64,000 nucleotides of DNA from Marsupella aquatica. Lineage: Eukaryota > Plantae > Marchantiophyta. Numbering within the stretch: the stretch's first letter is position 1; every line of letters begins with the position of its first letter. The DNA is taken from contig OZ316894.1 of NCBI GenBank assembly GCA_973895155.1, forward strand, positions 5,852,944 through 5,916,943, read 5' to 3'. A model generated the notes under the pieces. It had not been told where the DNA came from. It saw nothing but the letters and a program-made list of their open reading frames with translations, and made no database searches. Below, in pieces: positions 23,247-36,944 of the stretch. A program made the translations under genes and the position numbers.

Positions 23247-26200
23247 TCATGACCCATATCGCCCTACATCCTAGCCCATTGCATTCCTGCGTCTCTGCTT
23301 CTTCCTTTCTCCTACTCGCTCCTGGATCCCTCCTTCCTTTCCGTCTAGTCACTCACTCGCTCATTCACTGCTTCACAAGATGACCTCACATGGTCGCCTG
23401 CCCCACTCCCAATTCACCCCTTTCTCCTCTACCTTCGCTCCTCCTGCTACACTCTAATGAACTCGTATCACCCACTTCATTTACAAATGCAATCAATCAC
23501 TAGGCTGCCCTTGCTCAACAAAAGGTGAATTCTTCAGAGTAAACCACCAAGACTTATTTTCAGGCCAACAAACTCCACTGAATGTATAAGGAAATTCTTG
23601 CTTGGTTGGGACTTTTCACTGGAGTCATTCCACCGGAAGTCTGTAGCGGAGAGCTACACTTCAGCAATGCAAATGGATCTGCCCTCAGCTCACATTTCCT
23701 TCTGCTGAAGTCACCATCCCCACTCCTACAGGTATTATGAGGGTTTAGAGTTACTTTTGAGCGTCTGGGACAGGAAAAGTTTTCTCCTCCTATTGTTGAC
23801 AATGATGCAGGAGTAGCGACTTCACAAATGTGCAGAACAGAATAGAACAGACATGTATTTTTTTTGAAATATCTCATCACAATCCTATCTGCCTCTGCCT
23901 CTGCCTCTGCCTCAGCACTCTCATGTTTCACGTAGGGCCGACTCTGGACGGCTTCTTCGGTTCTGGGACTGCTCCCTTCGACCTACGAGAAGTGCATTGC
24001 GGCTGTTTGGGAAGTGCCAGTCTCAAAATGACGTGCACCCTTTTTCCATTCATATTGGAGAATCTGCCAAGATTTGAGAATTGTTTTGGCTCGTAGTTCA
24101 AAACTCTGGTGGCCCTTCATTGTAGCACTGAACTGGTGCTGTTGCTCGGCCCGTGATGTTCCCTCTTGTGATCCTCCAGCTGGCCTTGATTACTTCTACT
24201 CTACACACGTCTCATGAGTGTCTCCCTCCTCCTTCCTGTCGTGCAAGCAACTTTGCTTAGCGCACCACCACAACGCTGATACATGACTTGCTAGGCTGCA
24301 AGTTCACCAAATTGTATACCATTGCCTATTACAATTCTCAAGATGAATGGTGGATGACAAATTCTCTCGACCCGTTTAATTTAGCCTGACAGATCAAAAA
24401 GACCTCGATTTCCAAGCGTCATGTCATAATTTTGTGTTCTTCTCTATCAAATTGAAAGGAGATTCTAGATTTTCTCGTAGAAAGCAAAACAAGATCAGCA
24501 CCGCCCCGCAAATTTTTCCGCGGCACGATTGTTGCAAGTAAACACAAACTTCAACAATTTCACACTAGTTAGCGACGATCATTTGGTATTGCATACGTTC
24601 TTTTCAGTCTGCACTACTAATGAAAATTTTCCGGAAAGTGGTATCTTTCTACGGGACGAAGTGACTCTACAAGAGATTTTGTGTCAAGGGTTTGGCAGGC
24701 ATTTACCACGCAAATGCACAATCACATGATGAATTCCAGAATAATAAGGCGACACCCTCTTTCCTGCCGTTACGGTGGAATCCCAGCACTTCGACGCATG
24801 CCCATCAGCAAACTTATTGACAGAGTCATGAAGAGCGTAAAGAAGTTCGGTGGGTCTTGGTCGAATTGCTTCTAGAACTTGCTGACCAGTGCACGGTCAC
24901 ACCTCCACCATTTCAAAAGAAGTCAAACTGAATATAAAATGTCGGCAAAGTCCACCATTTTGTCGCCCACGATATGTTCATCATCGAGAATTCATTCCCC
25001 TGCCCTCACAGACGGTGGTGGCTTGCCGCTGATGAATTCGCCATTCCACGAATTCCCGGGTCCCACCGTTGAAGCTCGCAATAATGTACTGTAGACTGGG
25101 AACGCCAAGGGGTAAGGGCGACCCCCTTTCATGCCGTCAATGGCAGTTTTTACATTCCGTCTAGCATCTCTCTATCCCCCACTCTCCCTTATCAACTGGT
25201 GACTTACTCCCGCCTTGCAACTTCACAATCCGGGGCTGAATCTGACTGCAAACGCAGGCAGCCAAATAATGTGTTGCGCTTTTTAAAACAGAAGAGTTCG
25301 ACATCCGTACGATTTGAGTAGCATACATAAGTCTCTATAGACGGGAACAAGTCCCAGCAAGGAAATTGGGTCTTCGCAGGTGGAAATAAGATGCTATCTA
25401 CTGTAGCTAACGTGTGTTACGTACATCAGCATGACAGGAATCTGTCGGAATTCGAGCTAAGCATCCTACAAAACATGGACTCTGGAATGGAAAAGGGTAG
25501 ATTCTGTCATTTATTTTTCCAGGTCTTCATAAACCCTATATTGGATGTATACACAAATTACAGATCAACGCGGCGAACAGAAAATCTACCACCTAAAGTA
25601 GTGCTGCTTACTTCAATGCTGAGCTCTTTCCTGAAAGTATCAAAACACTTTTGGGCAACGCTCAAAATATAATATGGTATAATCTCTGACCATCTCGAAC
25701 TGTACGTAGCAGACTGATTACGAGTTTATCTCACCTGTAAAAAGAAGGCAACTCAAACTGCTGTGGATGAAAAGTTTTCAGCAGTTTCTGAATTCGTTCT
25801 GCAACCCATTCAATTCTACGCTAACCCAGCGGACGTTGGAGCTGTCTCCTTCTGGATTAGGGCAATTCCTCCTGCCATACACCTCCCTCCAACCTCCCGT
25901 CTTTCGCTATTGCTTAACTCGGACCCTCCTGCTCGCCAGAAACTCGGCTTCATCAGCCATCAGTCAAACAATTCAAACATCCAGCATCCTACTCAAACCC
26001 TCAATTCCTCCGGATTGCTCCTTCTCAATCAAAATTCTTCCAATGAACTCAGCAGACTGCCTTCAGGAGAATTATCCTCCCCACTTTCACTTTCCCCTTC
26101 CAGCCAACCAACCGACCAATCAATCAATCAATCAATCAGTCAATTGTCAACGACAGAGCTGCAGTCTGGTGCTACTGTAGCCTACTCTTCTCCATGTCCT

Positions 26201-28461
26201 TTCTTCTCCCCTTTCCCTCCCTCCCTTCAATGCTCCTTTTCGGAATCGATCAACCTATCAGAAGGCTCCTGATGCTCGCTAGCTACAATACTGCTGCGTA
26301 TCCCAAGGCAGATCATCTGTTCTCCAACTTTGCATGAAAGCCATCTTGGGCGGAGGAACACATCTGCTCCAAATATCATTCTGTCGACAAGCCTACTGCT
26401 CACACCTACAGTGCATAATCCGTAGGGTACAGGACTCTACTCTGCATAACCTTGCTTTGCTTGCTCTCTCCCGTTCTGCTCTCCTTATCACGCCTCATCT
26501 CAAACCAAACTCGAGCGTGCCTCCATGCGCACAAACTCCAACCATGCCTCCAGCGCCAACCATCCTCGGAGATTTTCTGCACTGCCAAAGAGGAATGTCT
26601 GTGGGCAATCAGGGTCTTGAATCAGGCAGGCACAGTACAATTAATCCGAGCTCTCACTCTCTCGGTTCAATGAGAAGAGAGGCACTGTACAATTAAATCT
26701 TAGCTCAGAGTTAGTGCACACAGAGAGAGAGAGCGAGAGAGAGAGAAAAGCTTAGTGGAAGGTCAACTGCAATTACGTTCCTAGAAATGTAACAATAGTG
26801 AGACACACTACAAAAAGCTCAGCTGGCAAAATGCGATGGAATTGTTTCGGATTCCACAAAAGGAAATTTGTGGCTGGGATGCAACCATGCCTTTAGCTAT
26901 GTCAGCGAAAAGCGTTGTTTTTGGGGGACGCTTCAGAGCTGGTCATGTCTCTCAAAGAATCAGGATCCATATCTTGGGGCTTGGCCATTTTGGGTGCTAG
27001 TGTAAACCCTGTCACACTAGGTTTGTTTTCAGACAGCCCTTAGGCACAGCTAATTAAGGCACAGGTTGTGTCATTTGCTGACAACACTACTAGGGACCCC
27101 ACTACTAGGGACCCCTTTATTTATAGGACAATGCAGGTATGGTCTGGGTTGGTCTTGGGTTACTAGAATGTGACCAGAAAATGGAGGAAAAGTGGTTGGG
27201 GGAGTTGGGAGTGGGAAGGTTTTCTGAGCTTTCTTGGAACAAGCTAGAACCCCTGCCCAAACATGCATAGTACATAATTTTTGTCCAGAAAAAGGTTACT
27301 TCCGGGCCACAGATTTTGGGAATAACAAGGGCCTCCAGAAATGTTTACATGCCGGTAACTTGCCTTCCTGACAGAATTTACGGAATTTACAAAACCTCCA
27401 CCCCGTTTGTCAGCCCAAATCCCTTCACACTATGAAATCTTACCCATCCAAAATGCTCAGATGGCAAAAGCTTGTTTTATAGAACCTCAAGAGCACTCCC
27501 ACCCGTCCACTATCAGGCCCAGCCAAGAGCAAGTATAGAAGCCCCAGCTTTTTAACCCCTACCGTGCCCCGGTCTGTATAGCCCAATACCCAAGGCCTGC
27601 ACTCCACCAGCTAGTGCGACACAACTCTCCAGACCAATTGATTATTGAAAGCAGCCCTCTCACTTTCAATTGAACATCTCTGCAGCTGCTCTAGCACGTG
27701 CACTCGACATCCAAAGTGCTGGCAATGTGAAAGGAAGGATGGGTGGAGAAGCTCATTTGCACCCTTCACAAACCCAGATGCACAGGTACCTCACCGGCTT
27801 GCTAACCTCGTCGATGGCGGGGCTGTTTGGTGTGCATCCGTAGGAGTCCTCCAAGCTGTGATCTCTGCCTTTTGTTGCTCTTTTCTAATTAGGCAAAGTT
27901 AGGAAGGTTTTATGGACCTTAAGCCCAAACCCAGACTTAGAGCTTGTGAAGTTTGCTGCCAATATCAGTGTGGGCTAACACATTATAAATGGTAGCATGC
28001 ATAGCACAAACACCTCCTGCTAACTCAACAGAAACTAACACACAAATCTTAAGCAGGTTGATTGGCCAGTGCACTTCTACAGTTTCTGACCATGCTTACT
28101 AAGTAACCCTCTTTGTAGTCTTCCTCAACCTGGTCTTCCTTGTACAATAGATAAAGCATTGCCAGACCCATCACCCATCCTTTTCATCTCTAATCATCAA
28201 ACTTCTAATCATCAAACTTGGAGACATAAATTGCAATTTTATATATAAAGCTCGAAGGGAAGCTAGAGTTGAGGTCTAGGCTTCTAAAGTGAAGCCTCTA
28301 GACCATGACTCTAGGGCCCCACCATAATATATGTGCATAGAAAGGAGGATATTATGAGATGTGTGATTGTTAAAATGATGGGCCAGATAGTTTTTTCTAT
28401 CATTTCATTAACCTTCATTTTTAGTAAATATATCTTTTTGACACTTTTATTTACTCTCCTC

Positions 28462-28665
28462 TAGTACTCTCCTCTATTCACATTCAAAGAAGGGTAGTTG
28501 GGGCTAGTGAGAAATTAGTACTCTCCTCTATTCACATTCAAATAAGGGGTAGTGTTGGGGCTAGTGCGAAATTAGTGCTCTCAAAGAAGGGGTAGTTGGG
28601 GGTAGTGAGAATGTAAAATTTACTCTCTTCACATTAAAGAAGGGTAGTTGGGGCTAGTGAGAATT
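28462..28665. repeat. Tandem array ~50 bp (aagaagggtagttggggctagtgagaaattagtactctc...), ~4 copies, upstream of the 28944 gene
   Basis: Repeated units read directly from the sequence. Confidence 0.8.
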
Positions 28666-28943
28666 TAAAACCTCCGCATGGAGGAATAAATAGATAATGA
28701 AGTGAACACATGACCCTAAAGGAAAGCACTATGTGTATTTGGACGGATTTACTTCGGTACGAGGTTCCTTCGACGAGTTTCCTTCGACAGTAGAAATTTC
28801 GGGCAAGCACAATCATGATAGCGCTTTCCGGATGGGTGTCGAGAATTCGATGCACCGAATCCGATGCACCCATCTAATGAAAAGCGCTTCTGGGATTTCC
28901 CCACATTGAGAAAATTGATGAGCGAATCGTGAAGATTGGCAAC

Positions 28944-31456
28944 ATGGGTCGAACACTCACGTTACAGGTCTCAGGGCAAGTGGTGGCGATGGCGATGGCA
29001 TGGCAGCCCAGATCTGCACTCCGTCGGCAGGATAAGGAGGATTTCCGTAATGTGCAGGGCAATGGTGGAGTACTCTGTTGTGGAGACATGGATGGGCAAT
29101 CTTCGTTAGGGTTGTCGGTTTCAAACTATTCCAGAAGAGTTCCTGAGCTACAGGTTTGGAGGTTGCAATTTAATTCCGGCGAGAGCAGGAGCAGGAGCAG
29201 GAGCAGGAGCGACGGACATTGTGTGAGAAGAGCTAGGAGGAGAGCATTGGTATGTTGTTCTATCCTCAACGAGGTGGAACAGAACGGCCCACAAACGCCA
29301 CTAGATCCTGCTTCTCCTGATGTTCTGAAGGACCAGCTGGAAACCTTGCAAGAGGAGGCTTTGCAGGTCCAAAATCGCTGTAAGTCCGTGCTTTCCTCTT
29401 GAATTACCTGTACCCGTTAAAATAAATGATCTTGTTAGATGAAGCTTGCATTAAAGAAATCCTCTATTTTGTTTATGAACACACATTTGCTTAAGGGATT
29501 CTGGCTTTCAGTTTTTTTCCGAAAAGTGCATACCATCTTAATCAACCTCAATTAGAGAATGGAGAAGTCTGAAGAATCTCAAACGGTGATGTTCTAGACT
29601 CCGGGGGTCTTCTTTTGGATCCAAATCTATTCATTGGAAGAAAGATATCGTAGGCTTGAAAGAAATTAACTTCTGTTGAGAGAAGTCCAATTGCAGTTAA
29701 AGCACTCTAGATAGCAGGGGAGCTACTTGGTGCATGACTTCCGAAGACCTTATGTTTGACCTAATTGGCGGCAGACAACAATGCCAGGGCAAGGTTCATG
29801 CGACTAACGGAGGTAACGCAGCAATTGCAGCGGCGTGCGGCCATTGATTTGAAGCTTGGCAATGAGGACAGTGCAAGGAAAGTACTTGTAGAGAAGCAGA
29901 AGGTCATCCAGGCTGCAGAGCTTTCCAAGAGGCGAGCTCAACTTCTGGACGAGCTTTCTTCTAAATTGGGTGAGGTATATTCTGAGGGCCGTTAACGGAC
30001 ATACTCATTTATGTAAATGATCAATTATTCCGAGGGCTGCTTTTGGATCAAAATTTCTCCGAGAGCAAATGCTGTACAGTCGTCATCTCGGGTAGGTCGC
30101 ATTTGATGTTGTTGTGTTAATTAGTGTTCCAACTTCAATTGAAGTCGTTGACAACTAAACTTCCTTTTGTGAAGCAAGTGGTGAGTATCGCTGAGATTGA
30201 GGAAGCACTTTTGTGCTGGGAAATAAGAGTGTATGACTTTGAGTAGGAAGTATGAAATTGACGTATTGCTCTGTTGGCGTGTGTCGCTTTTTGTTGCGTT
30301 TTGACAGGCCATCTCTGCCAAGGAGACACAATACATAGTGGCTTTGTCGACTCCCCAGCGAGAGGAGCGCACCGTGCGAGTGGTCTCTCCAAAAGGAGAG
30401 AGTTCGAGTTCAGTAAACCAAGATTTGGATGAAGAAGGGAATCCCTCCGGCCTAGGAACTGCCGAAGCGTCTAGGATTCGTCATGAGGGTACTGATACAG
30501 CGGACCTTGTAGCTGTTGCAACAGAGGATAATGGAGATAACAGGCAGGCTGAACCAGTTAGTGGAGACCTTCTATTACAGAGGGAGAAACTAAGCTTAGA
30601 TGCAGAGCTGGGATATTCAACAGATCGACTCATCTATGGTAATGATGAGGATGTGGAGGCAGCTGGCCCGGTGAATGATTCCTACAATATGAAGGTTCCA
30701 CCTGAAAAAGAAGAATTTGTTAGAGATGACAGGGATATAAATGTACAATCTGTTGGGAGGCTGTTGCCAAAGGATTCCCTGCAAGGAGAATCGTTGGCAA
30801 CGGCAATCAACGGAGGTGTTGAAGAAAATGTCTTGGAGATTGGAATTCCACATTCCCTCTCTGATATTTGCGATGTTGATGATGTTGACGATTTAAAATC
30901 CGGTTCACCAGGAAACGGGGAAGTCGCAGAGCCCACCATCAGGGGTCGTCCAGAATATGTTGATGCCGGGGATGGAAGTGAAAAAGTGGGGACTGCGGGC
31001 GTGGATGGTCTGGGTCATTCTGAACGACTCGAATGTAGAGAAGCGAATGGGAATGACAGCTTCAATGATGGGCGAAGACGCTTAGTTGAGCAATTGATTC
31101 TGGACGTGGATCATCAGGTCAGCACTATCGAATTGAGGCTAAACACTGAAGTGAGCAGAAATATGGACTCAAATGCCACGGATGTCAAGCAAATGGGGGA
31201 TTTGCTTGACCAAATCCAGAGCCTAAGGGCAAGGTAATTTTTGGCATTTACCTTCTTGGCATTCGTGAGCTCGTGCACGAAGAAGCAGGACCAATGCCTG
31301 GTCTTCTCTTTAGCACTTTGCACTCTCTCTATGTGATCCAAGTTTGTTGTCCTCATAGTTTTTTGATTTATCAAAGCCGTGTGCTAATAATCCATGTACC
31401 AAACTGGCCGCAGGATATCCGAGGTTGTTGTTTTATTAGCACAAAAGGAAACGTAG
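28944..31456 (+). CDS. Conserved uncharacterised plant coiled-coil protein, probably plastid-targeted, with a PspA/IM30-like helical segment; exons 28944-29379, 29775-29974, 30308-31233, 31414-31456
   Basis: GT-AG phase-consistent junctions. The N-terminus is Ser/Arg-rich and transit-peptide-like (…RRRALVCCS). The core QLETLQEEA..YNNARARFMRLTEVTQQLQRRAAIDLKLGNEDSARKVLVEKQKVIQAAELSKRRAQLLDELSSKLGEAISAKETQ resembles an angiosperm unknown-function family (recalled as At1g06510-like, not verified). An acidic linker and C-terminal helix follow. Confidence 0.8.
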
Positions 31457-32302
31457 CAGCATTTTATGGGCATCATCTTCAAAAGATCTGGATGAGAATC
31501 GAAAAGGAGCGCATCAAGCAATCCCACAGGCAGATTTTGAACCTCACTTCGCGTAGATCTTCTTTAGTGAGCGAGAGATCTGTATGCAAGCAGGAAATTT
31601 CCGTTCCGATTTTTAATCTGATGGGGCTTAATTACGTCCTCCAGTAGCGCTTAGAAATGGAACCAAAAAATCCAGTCGTGTGGATTAAAAGTATGGACAT
31701 GCCAACGTTGAGCTGAAGCTTTACTCTTCGCGATTTCTTCCTTTATAATCCTCTGGAAATGTTGGAGCATGATGCACAGATAGGTTGTACTCGGATAGTC
31801 ATTTATACCTCGTGTGGACAGCACAAGCTGGTGCTAAGTCTGCAGGAATGAAATGAAAAATGCTGCAACTTTGCACTGTTATTCCATGAGGAAGGAATGT
31901 AGATTTCTCGGTCAGAAACGGCTAAGAATGATGGGATGGACATTACTGCAACAAATCTACAATCATCATTCAAAGTATTGTAAACATCATTCTGAGCCGC
32001 TGACATCATGGTGCAAAGAAGACGGCAGAGAATGATGGGTCAGACATTAGTACAATCTATCAAGGCACCTGGATTGCTGCACTCCATTAGGGAATCTCAA
32101 ATATGGCCCAAATGGAGTCTAAGGGCAATCTGGGTCTAGGTTCGGCAGGGACAAGGCTGAAAAAAATGTTTGAGCTCCCTTAGCCTAGCCCACACACTCA
32201 TGTCACAGAATTTCTCCTATTCTGGATGGCCACTTCCCCCACTGCAGCCTGGCTGTTGAGGGATTAAGAAAAAAAAGTAATTCAAAAAATCCTGAAGTCA
32301 TC

Positions 32303-32683
32303 TGCAGGTCATGTTGTGGACTCTGGCCCTATCTTGTGGAAGAACATCGCAGGTGCATATTTGAGCCCCCCTATTGATTAACTTTCCATCACCTTGTGGA
32401 AGTATGTACCCCCATAGCGCTGCAGGTCATGTTGTGGACTCTGGCCCTATCCTGTGGAAGAACATTGCAGGTGCATATTTGAGACCCCCTATTGATTAAC
32501 CTTCCATCACCTAGCGGAAGTATGTACCCCCATAGCCCTGGTATAGGATCCCTTCCTGGCTGGTAATTGTTATCCAAATGTGTTTGAGACCCCCTATTGA
32601 TTAACCTTCCATCACCTAGCGGAAGTATATACCCCCATAGCGCTGGTATAGGATCCCTTCCTGGCTGGTAATTGTTATCCAAA
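32303..32683. repeat. Overlapping tandem duplications (~119-bp x2 and ~101-bp x2), possibly inside an LTR remnant (TGTCACA 32201 ... TGTGACA 32690)
   Basis: gcaggtcatgttgtggactctggccctatc occurs twice, ccccctattgattaac.ttccatcacct three times, and ggtataggatcccttcctggctggtaattgttatccaaatgtg twice. No matching TSD. Confidence 0.75.
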
Positions 32684-34965
32684 TGTGACAATATAAAGTG
32701 TACTGGTAATTGCAAGTCCAAATGGTATAAGATAAATGACACTCATTTAAAGAGAATAATTAGTGACATAATACACCCTATATTATCACATTTTGATGTC
32801 CAATGCTCAGGACATCTCCAGGCAGTGCATTGAAGTATTCAAATGTGACACCACAGAAGTTGGGGAGCTCCTTGACAAGCAATATGACCAACCATCTCTG
32901 GCAGAATCTGTTGCTGACAAGGGATTGGTAGTCAGACATGGATGCTCTAAACTTCCAAAACTGAGCCTGGGAGGTCCTTCCAGTAGTAACCAAATTTGTG
33001 GTAGTAATTTCTGTACACTTTTGAGATTCTGGTTTTTGAGGCTTAATAATAAGTGGATTGGTGGTTTGAATATGTACACATTCGTGAGATTCTGGTCTCC
33101 TGGGCCAGTGGCAAGTGCATTGGTAGTTTTTGCATTTTATATTTTGGCTGGATTGGGTTCCTTCTCCTACTCGAATTGTGGTTTAATTGAGCTGATTTTA
33201 TGGTTTTGTGAGTCCATCATTGTGTTGTCATTTAGTTGAAAAGTTTATCCAACAATGAGTTTATATTGTCCTTGTCGACCTAGAGGTGCTCCACTTAATT
33301 GCAACCTGGAATCACCAAGAAACCCCAATTAACAACTGCAAAGGAGCCAGACCAAAGGCCCTAAAATGAAATCAAATGCAAATACATACCATTTAAAATG
33401 TTGGAATGTGAAAGAGAGAAAGGGCTGGAGTAAATATTAAGCAATCTACGGTTCTTCAAATGGATTTCAAGTCCTAAACCTCCAAAAATAATTTTAAAAA
33501 TGCCAAATGACAGTCAGGTTAGTCTTTGCCATACTAAAAGTCATGCCTGAGTCTGCAATTACTATTGTGGTATAAATTAGGAAAGCTTACAAAATTACCC
33601 CCACAAGTTACCCAAATTACCTAAATACCCTTCAAGTTTGAGATTTACAAAAATACCCCTAGTGTAGATAGGGGAAACTTAAAAAATTACATAAGTACCT
33701 TTAACCACTTTTGAGATTTCAAATATGCCCCTGCAATGTCACAGCTTGGCAAAGGTGTCCCATTGTTTCTTACACTACCTGTGGCTCCGTATTGATTTCC
33801 GACAGGTCATAACCCATGTTATACTGTGTTATGTGATGACCCTGCACATTGCATAGCAACAGTGGTTACTTTTAATTACTTTTTTGATAACAGAAAGGTT
33901 AGAGTGTGCCAGTTTATTCCAAAAGCCGGCTCAGCAAAGACCAGTGGGACACCTATGCTTTCATACTTGCTAAGAAGCTAATACATGTCCTCTTGCTTTC
34001 TTGTCGTGTTGAGGCACCAGCACCTAGCAAAATTTAGGCAAATGTTGCTTTGTACCCACAAATGGCTGATCTGGTTCCTCCTTTGCACCTCTAGCAAATA
34101 GCAAGTAGCTTGGCATCCTAAAACATCTTTGGCTTTTTGTCTTGTAGTGATCCATTAATAAATTTCCAGTATCTTGGAAAATTGAATTTAAATCTTAATT
34201 ATCAAGGGATGCTTAGCCTTTGATATGTTTTATTTTTGTCCTGGTAGTGATCTATTAATGGCTTCTACAGTCTCATAGCTAGTTCTATGTATGTTTTAAA
34301 TAATTATATTGTTGTGACTCGAGAAAGGTACATACAGTAGATTGGGAAACTTAAAATGTGTGTGATTCACGTTTCCTTGTTGTCTTAATAGTATAATGTG
34401 CACAATAGGATAGTGATGAAAACACGGTGACGCATTGGTGTGACCAGAGGTCAAATCTTTGTCAAGTGGGTGGGGATCTTTTTCATGAGTAGGAGGTGGG
34501 CCCTCACAAAGGAAGCCTTAAACAGTACATGGATCAGGAGAAAACTCCATGACAGTATATGGATAGGGAGTGGGATGGGGAGCAGTTTAAATGGGGACTA
34601 AAATAATGCTCATGAAAATTTTTTAAGGGGTATAATAAGTAATTAAGGCCGTTCCTAGCAAACCATAGAAAATCTATCAACTGTTCAAATTTATCAACAC
34701 GTGTGTCACATCATGGTTACTGTTCTGGCTTCTAATGACCTATGGAGTGGCAAGCTGGCCTATAACAAGCCCACATCGAAAGAAAAGTTGTTAGTGTACT
34801 CCTTAAAGCACCACTGGCCATGTAAAAGGGAAAAGTGTACAAGGTTTTTCTTCGTTTTTCACATTGGTCCCCTCTACCATAAGACTTTACTCCACAATTT
34901 CAGGAAAAAATACTAAAAGTAGTGAAATCTGTGTAACCATGTTTTTGTCATGGCTAGTGTCTCTT

Positions 34966-35010
34966 TAAGGTCAAGTGGTTTAAGGTCAAGTGGTTTAAGG
35001 TCAAGTGGTT
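34966..35010. repeat. 15-bp tandem repeat (taaggtcaagtggtt) x3
   Basis: Read directly from the sequence. Confidence 0.9.
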
Positions 35011-35785
35011 GCTTTTATACCTTTTCTGTCGTTCAAAGGTTGTCACACAAGACCTTTTTGGCCAGATTATTACTCATTAAGAAATCTCCATAGTTTTATA
35101 CTGTTTCAGTAGGATGTTTCTTTTAAAGCCCCGTGATCCTCTACACACCTGGGTACTCAATCCTCAGCAGCTACTGTACTTCAGCACCCTGCACATACAG
35201 CAGGGCTTAAAAAATCTGACACATTAAATTGTATTTGAAACTGGCCACATTTTAGTCACTCAACACTTAATGTTTTGTTAAGTACAGGATCGTGTCCCTC
35301 AATGTGATAAAAAGTCTCCCGCGCATAAGGTCTCCTTGCATACACAAATCACCTTTATATCCTATTAAATCACACCTGCCACTATAAAAGATTCATTCCA
35401 TGTCTCACTACTCACCATAAAAGGTGAAACAGTAGCACCTTTTGTGGAGTATTTGCCAAAAAAAGCTTTTGCAGTCAGCACTTTTTGTAGAATTCAAAAC
35501 ACATTTCTGAACTTGTACTCTTCGAAATGAGAGCTACGGGTTACCCATAGACCTTTATAGGGGCAGGTGTGGTTTAAGGGACAGCTCACATTGTTAACCA
35601 GATACATAATGGTCACACCTGGGCTTCTGCTAGGAAGCTCTAAAGATCATAAGTAAAAGAATTTTTGTTGAGTACCAGAGGTTTTATAAAAAAAAACACG
35701 GAAACAGCTGATAAGAAATAACCAAGCATGTCTTGAGGGGAGAATGGAAAAAGTCCAGAAGTTTGGTCGTTGAGTTTATTGATGA

Positions 35786-36355
35786 CATGCTCATCCTGGA
35801 ACATTTTTGATATTTTGTCTTGTAGTGATATGTAAGTGAATCAAATAAGAACTAGAATAGGACATGCAAAGAAAAGTACGTCGTGACCAATGAAAAGTAC
35901 AGTCAGGTGCTATGACACAAAGGCACTACCATGTATGCACTTGATTCAATGTGTCTTATTAATGACACTCAATTCAATAAAACCGTAAGCTTAGGGAAGA
36001 AAGTCATGAGAGGAACTTAATACAGCATGTGTTCAAGTTTATTTAGAATCATTTTTCTCTCTCATGAGAAGACTTAAAAACATTGTTCAAGTGATAGAAA
36101 TGAAAGTAGTTGAGATTAAAAATTAAGAGGGCTACCAAAATGAGTTCAAAATTCTTTGAAATAACAAAAATTATCGGATGTCCCCGAAGGGACTGAAATA
36201 ACAAAAATTAAAGATACCAAAAATGAATAGGGTTCAAAATTAAGTAAAATCTATATAATACAAAAGATGCCCCTTCATAAGGCACATTAAAATAAAAATA
36301 CATAACAGAGAAATTATGAATAAAACAAAATCTAAAAAGTGCATTCCTCCATATA
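35786..36355. repeat. Dispersed repeat family A, copy 3, with CACTA-like terminus TTGTCTTGTAGTG (ends 35827)
   Basis: catgctcatcctgga...ttgtcttgtagtgatatg is followed by sequence colinear with copies 1 and 2. Confidence 0.7.
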
Positions 36356-36944
36356 TCCATTCTTCATATTTTTTATTGATATGGACTGGTCGAACTGCAA
36401 TGTCCTTGAAGTCTCTTTTATTGTTATGGTGATTGATATCAAGTGTTGGATATCAAGAGTTTGACCCATTTAATCTCTGGGAGTACAACATTCATAAATG
36501 CTAGTAAGTTGGCAATGATGTAAAGTAGCTAATTCATAAACACAGTCACTTAGTACTCTTGTAATGTGCTCGTGAGAACTATTTGGCAATCATTTCAGGT
36601 TTCAACATACCGTGCTCGTGAAAGGCAGTAACTGTTTGCATTGAATCCTTAGTACTGGGTACGCCACATAAATGTCTGTCAGCAAAAGTTCCCTTCTAAA
36701 GATTGAGACCCAATATATGGGTGCTACATTTGTTCACGGGGGACACTGAGGAGACTGAGCTTCAATCGGGGCGTTTCCCGTGTTTTCGTCAATAAATTCA
36801 ATTCTGGTCGATGACCGAAGAATGAATACAATGTTTGCATGTTGATGACATGGATTTTTTGTCCCTTTTCTGTGAAATTTACAATCGTTTCCTTGGCCTT
36901 GACTTTATTGAGAGACGGTGCCTTTTCATTAATCGCTCTGATTA

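Noticed and set aside
25763-26272. 169-aa Ser/Pro/Gln-rich ORF
   Set aside because: It is compositionally biased, has a GTG start and no domain, and is better explained as the antisense of a purine-rich leader.
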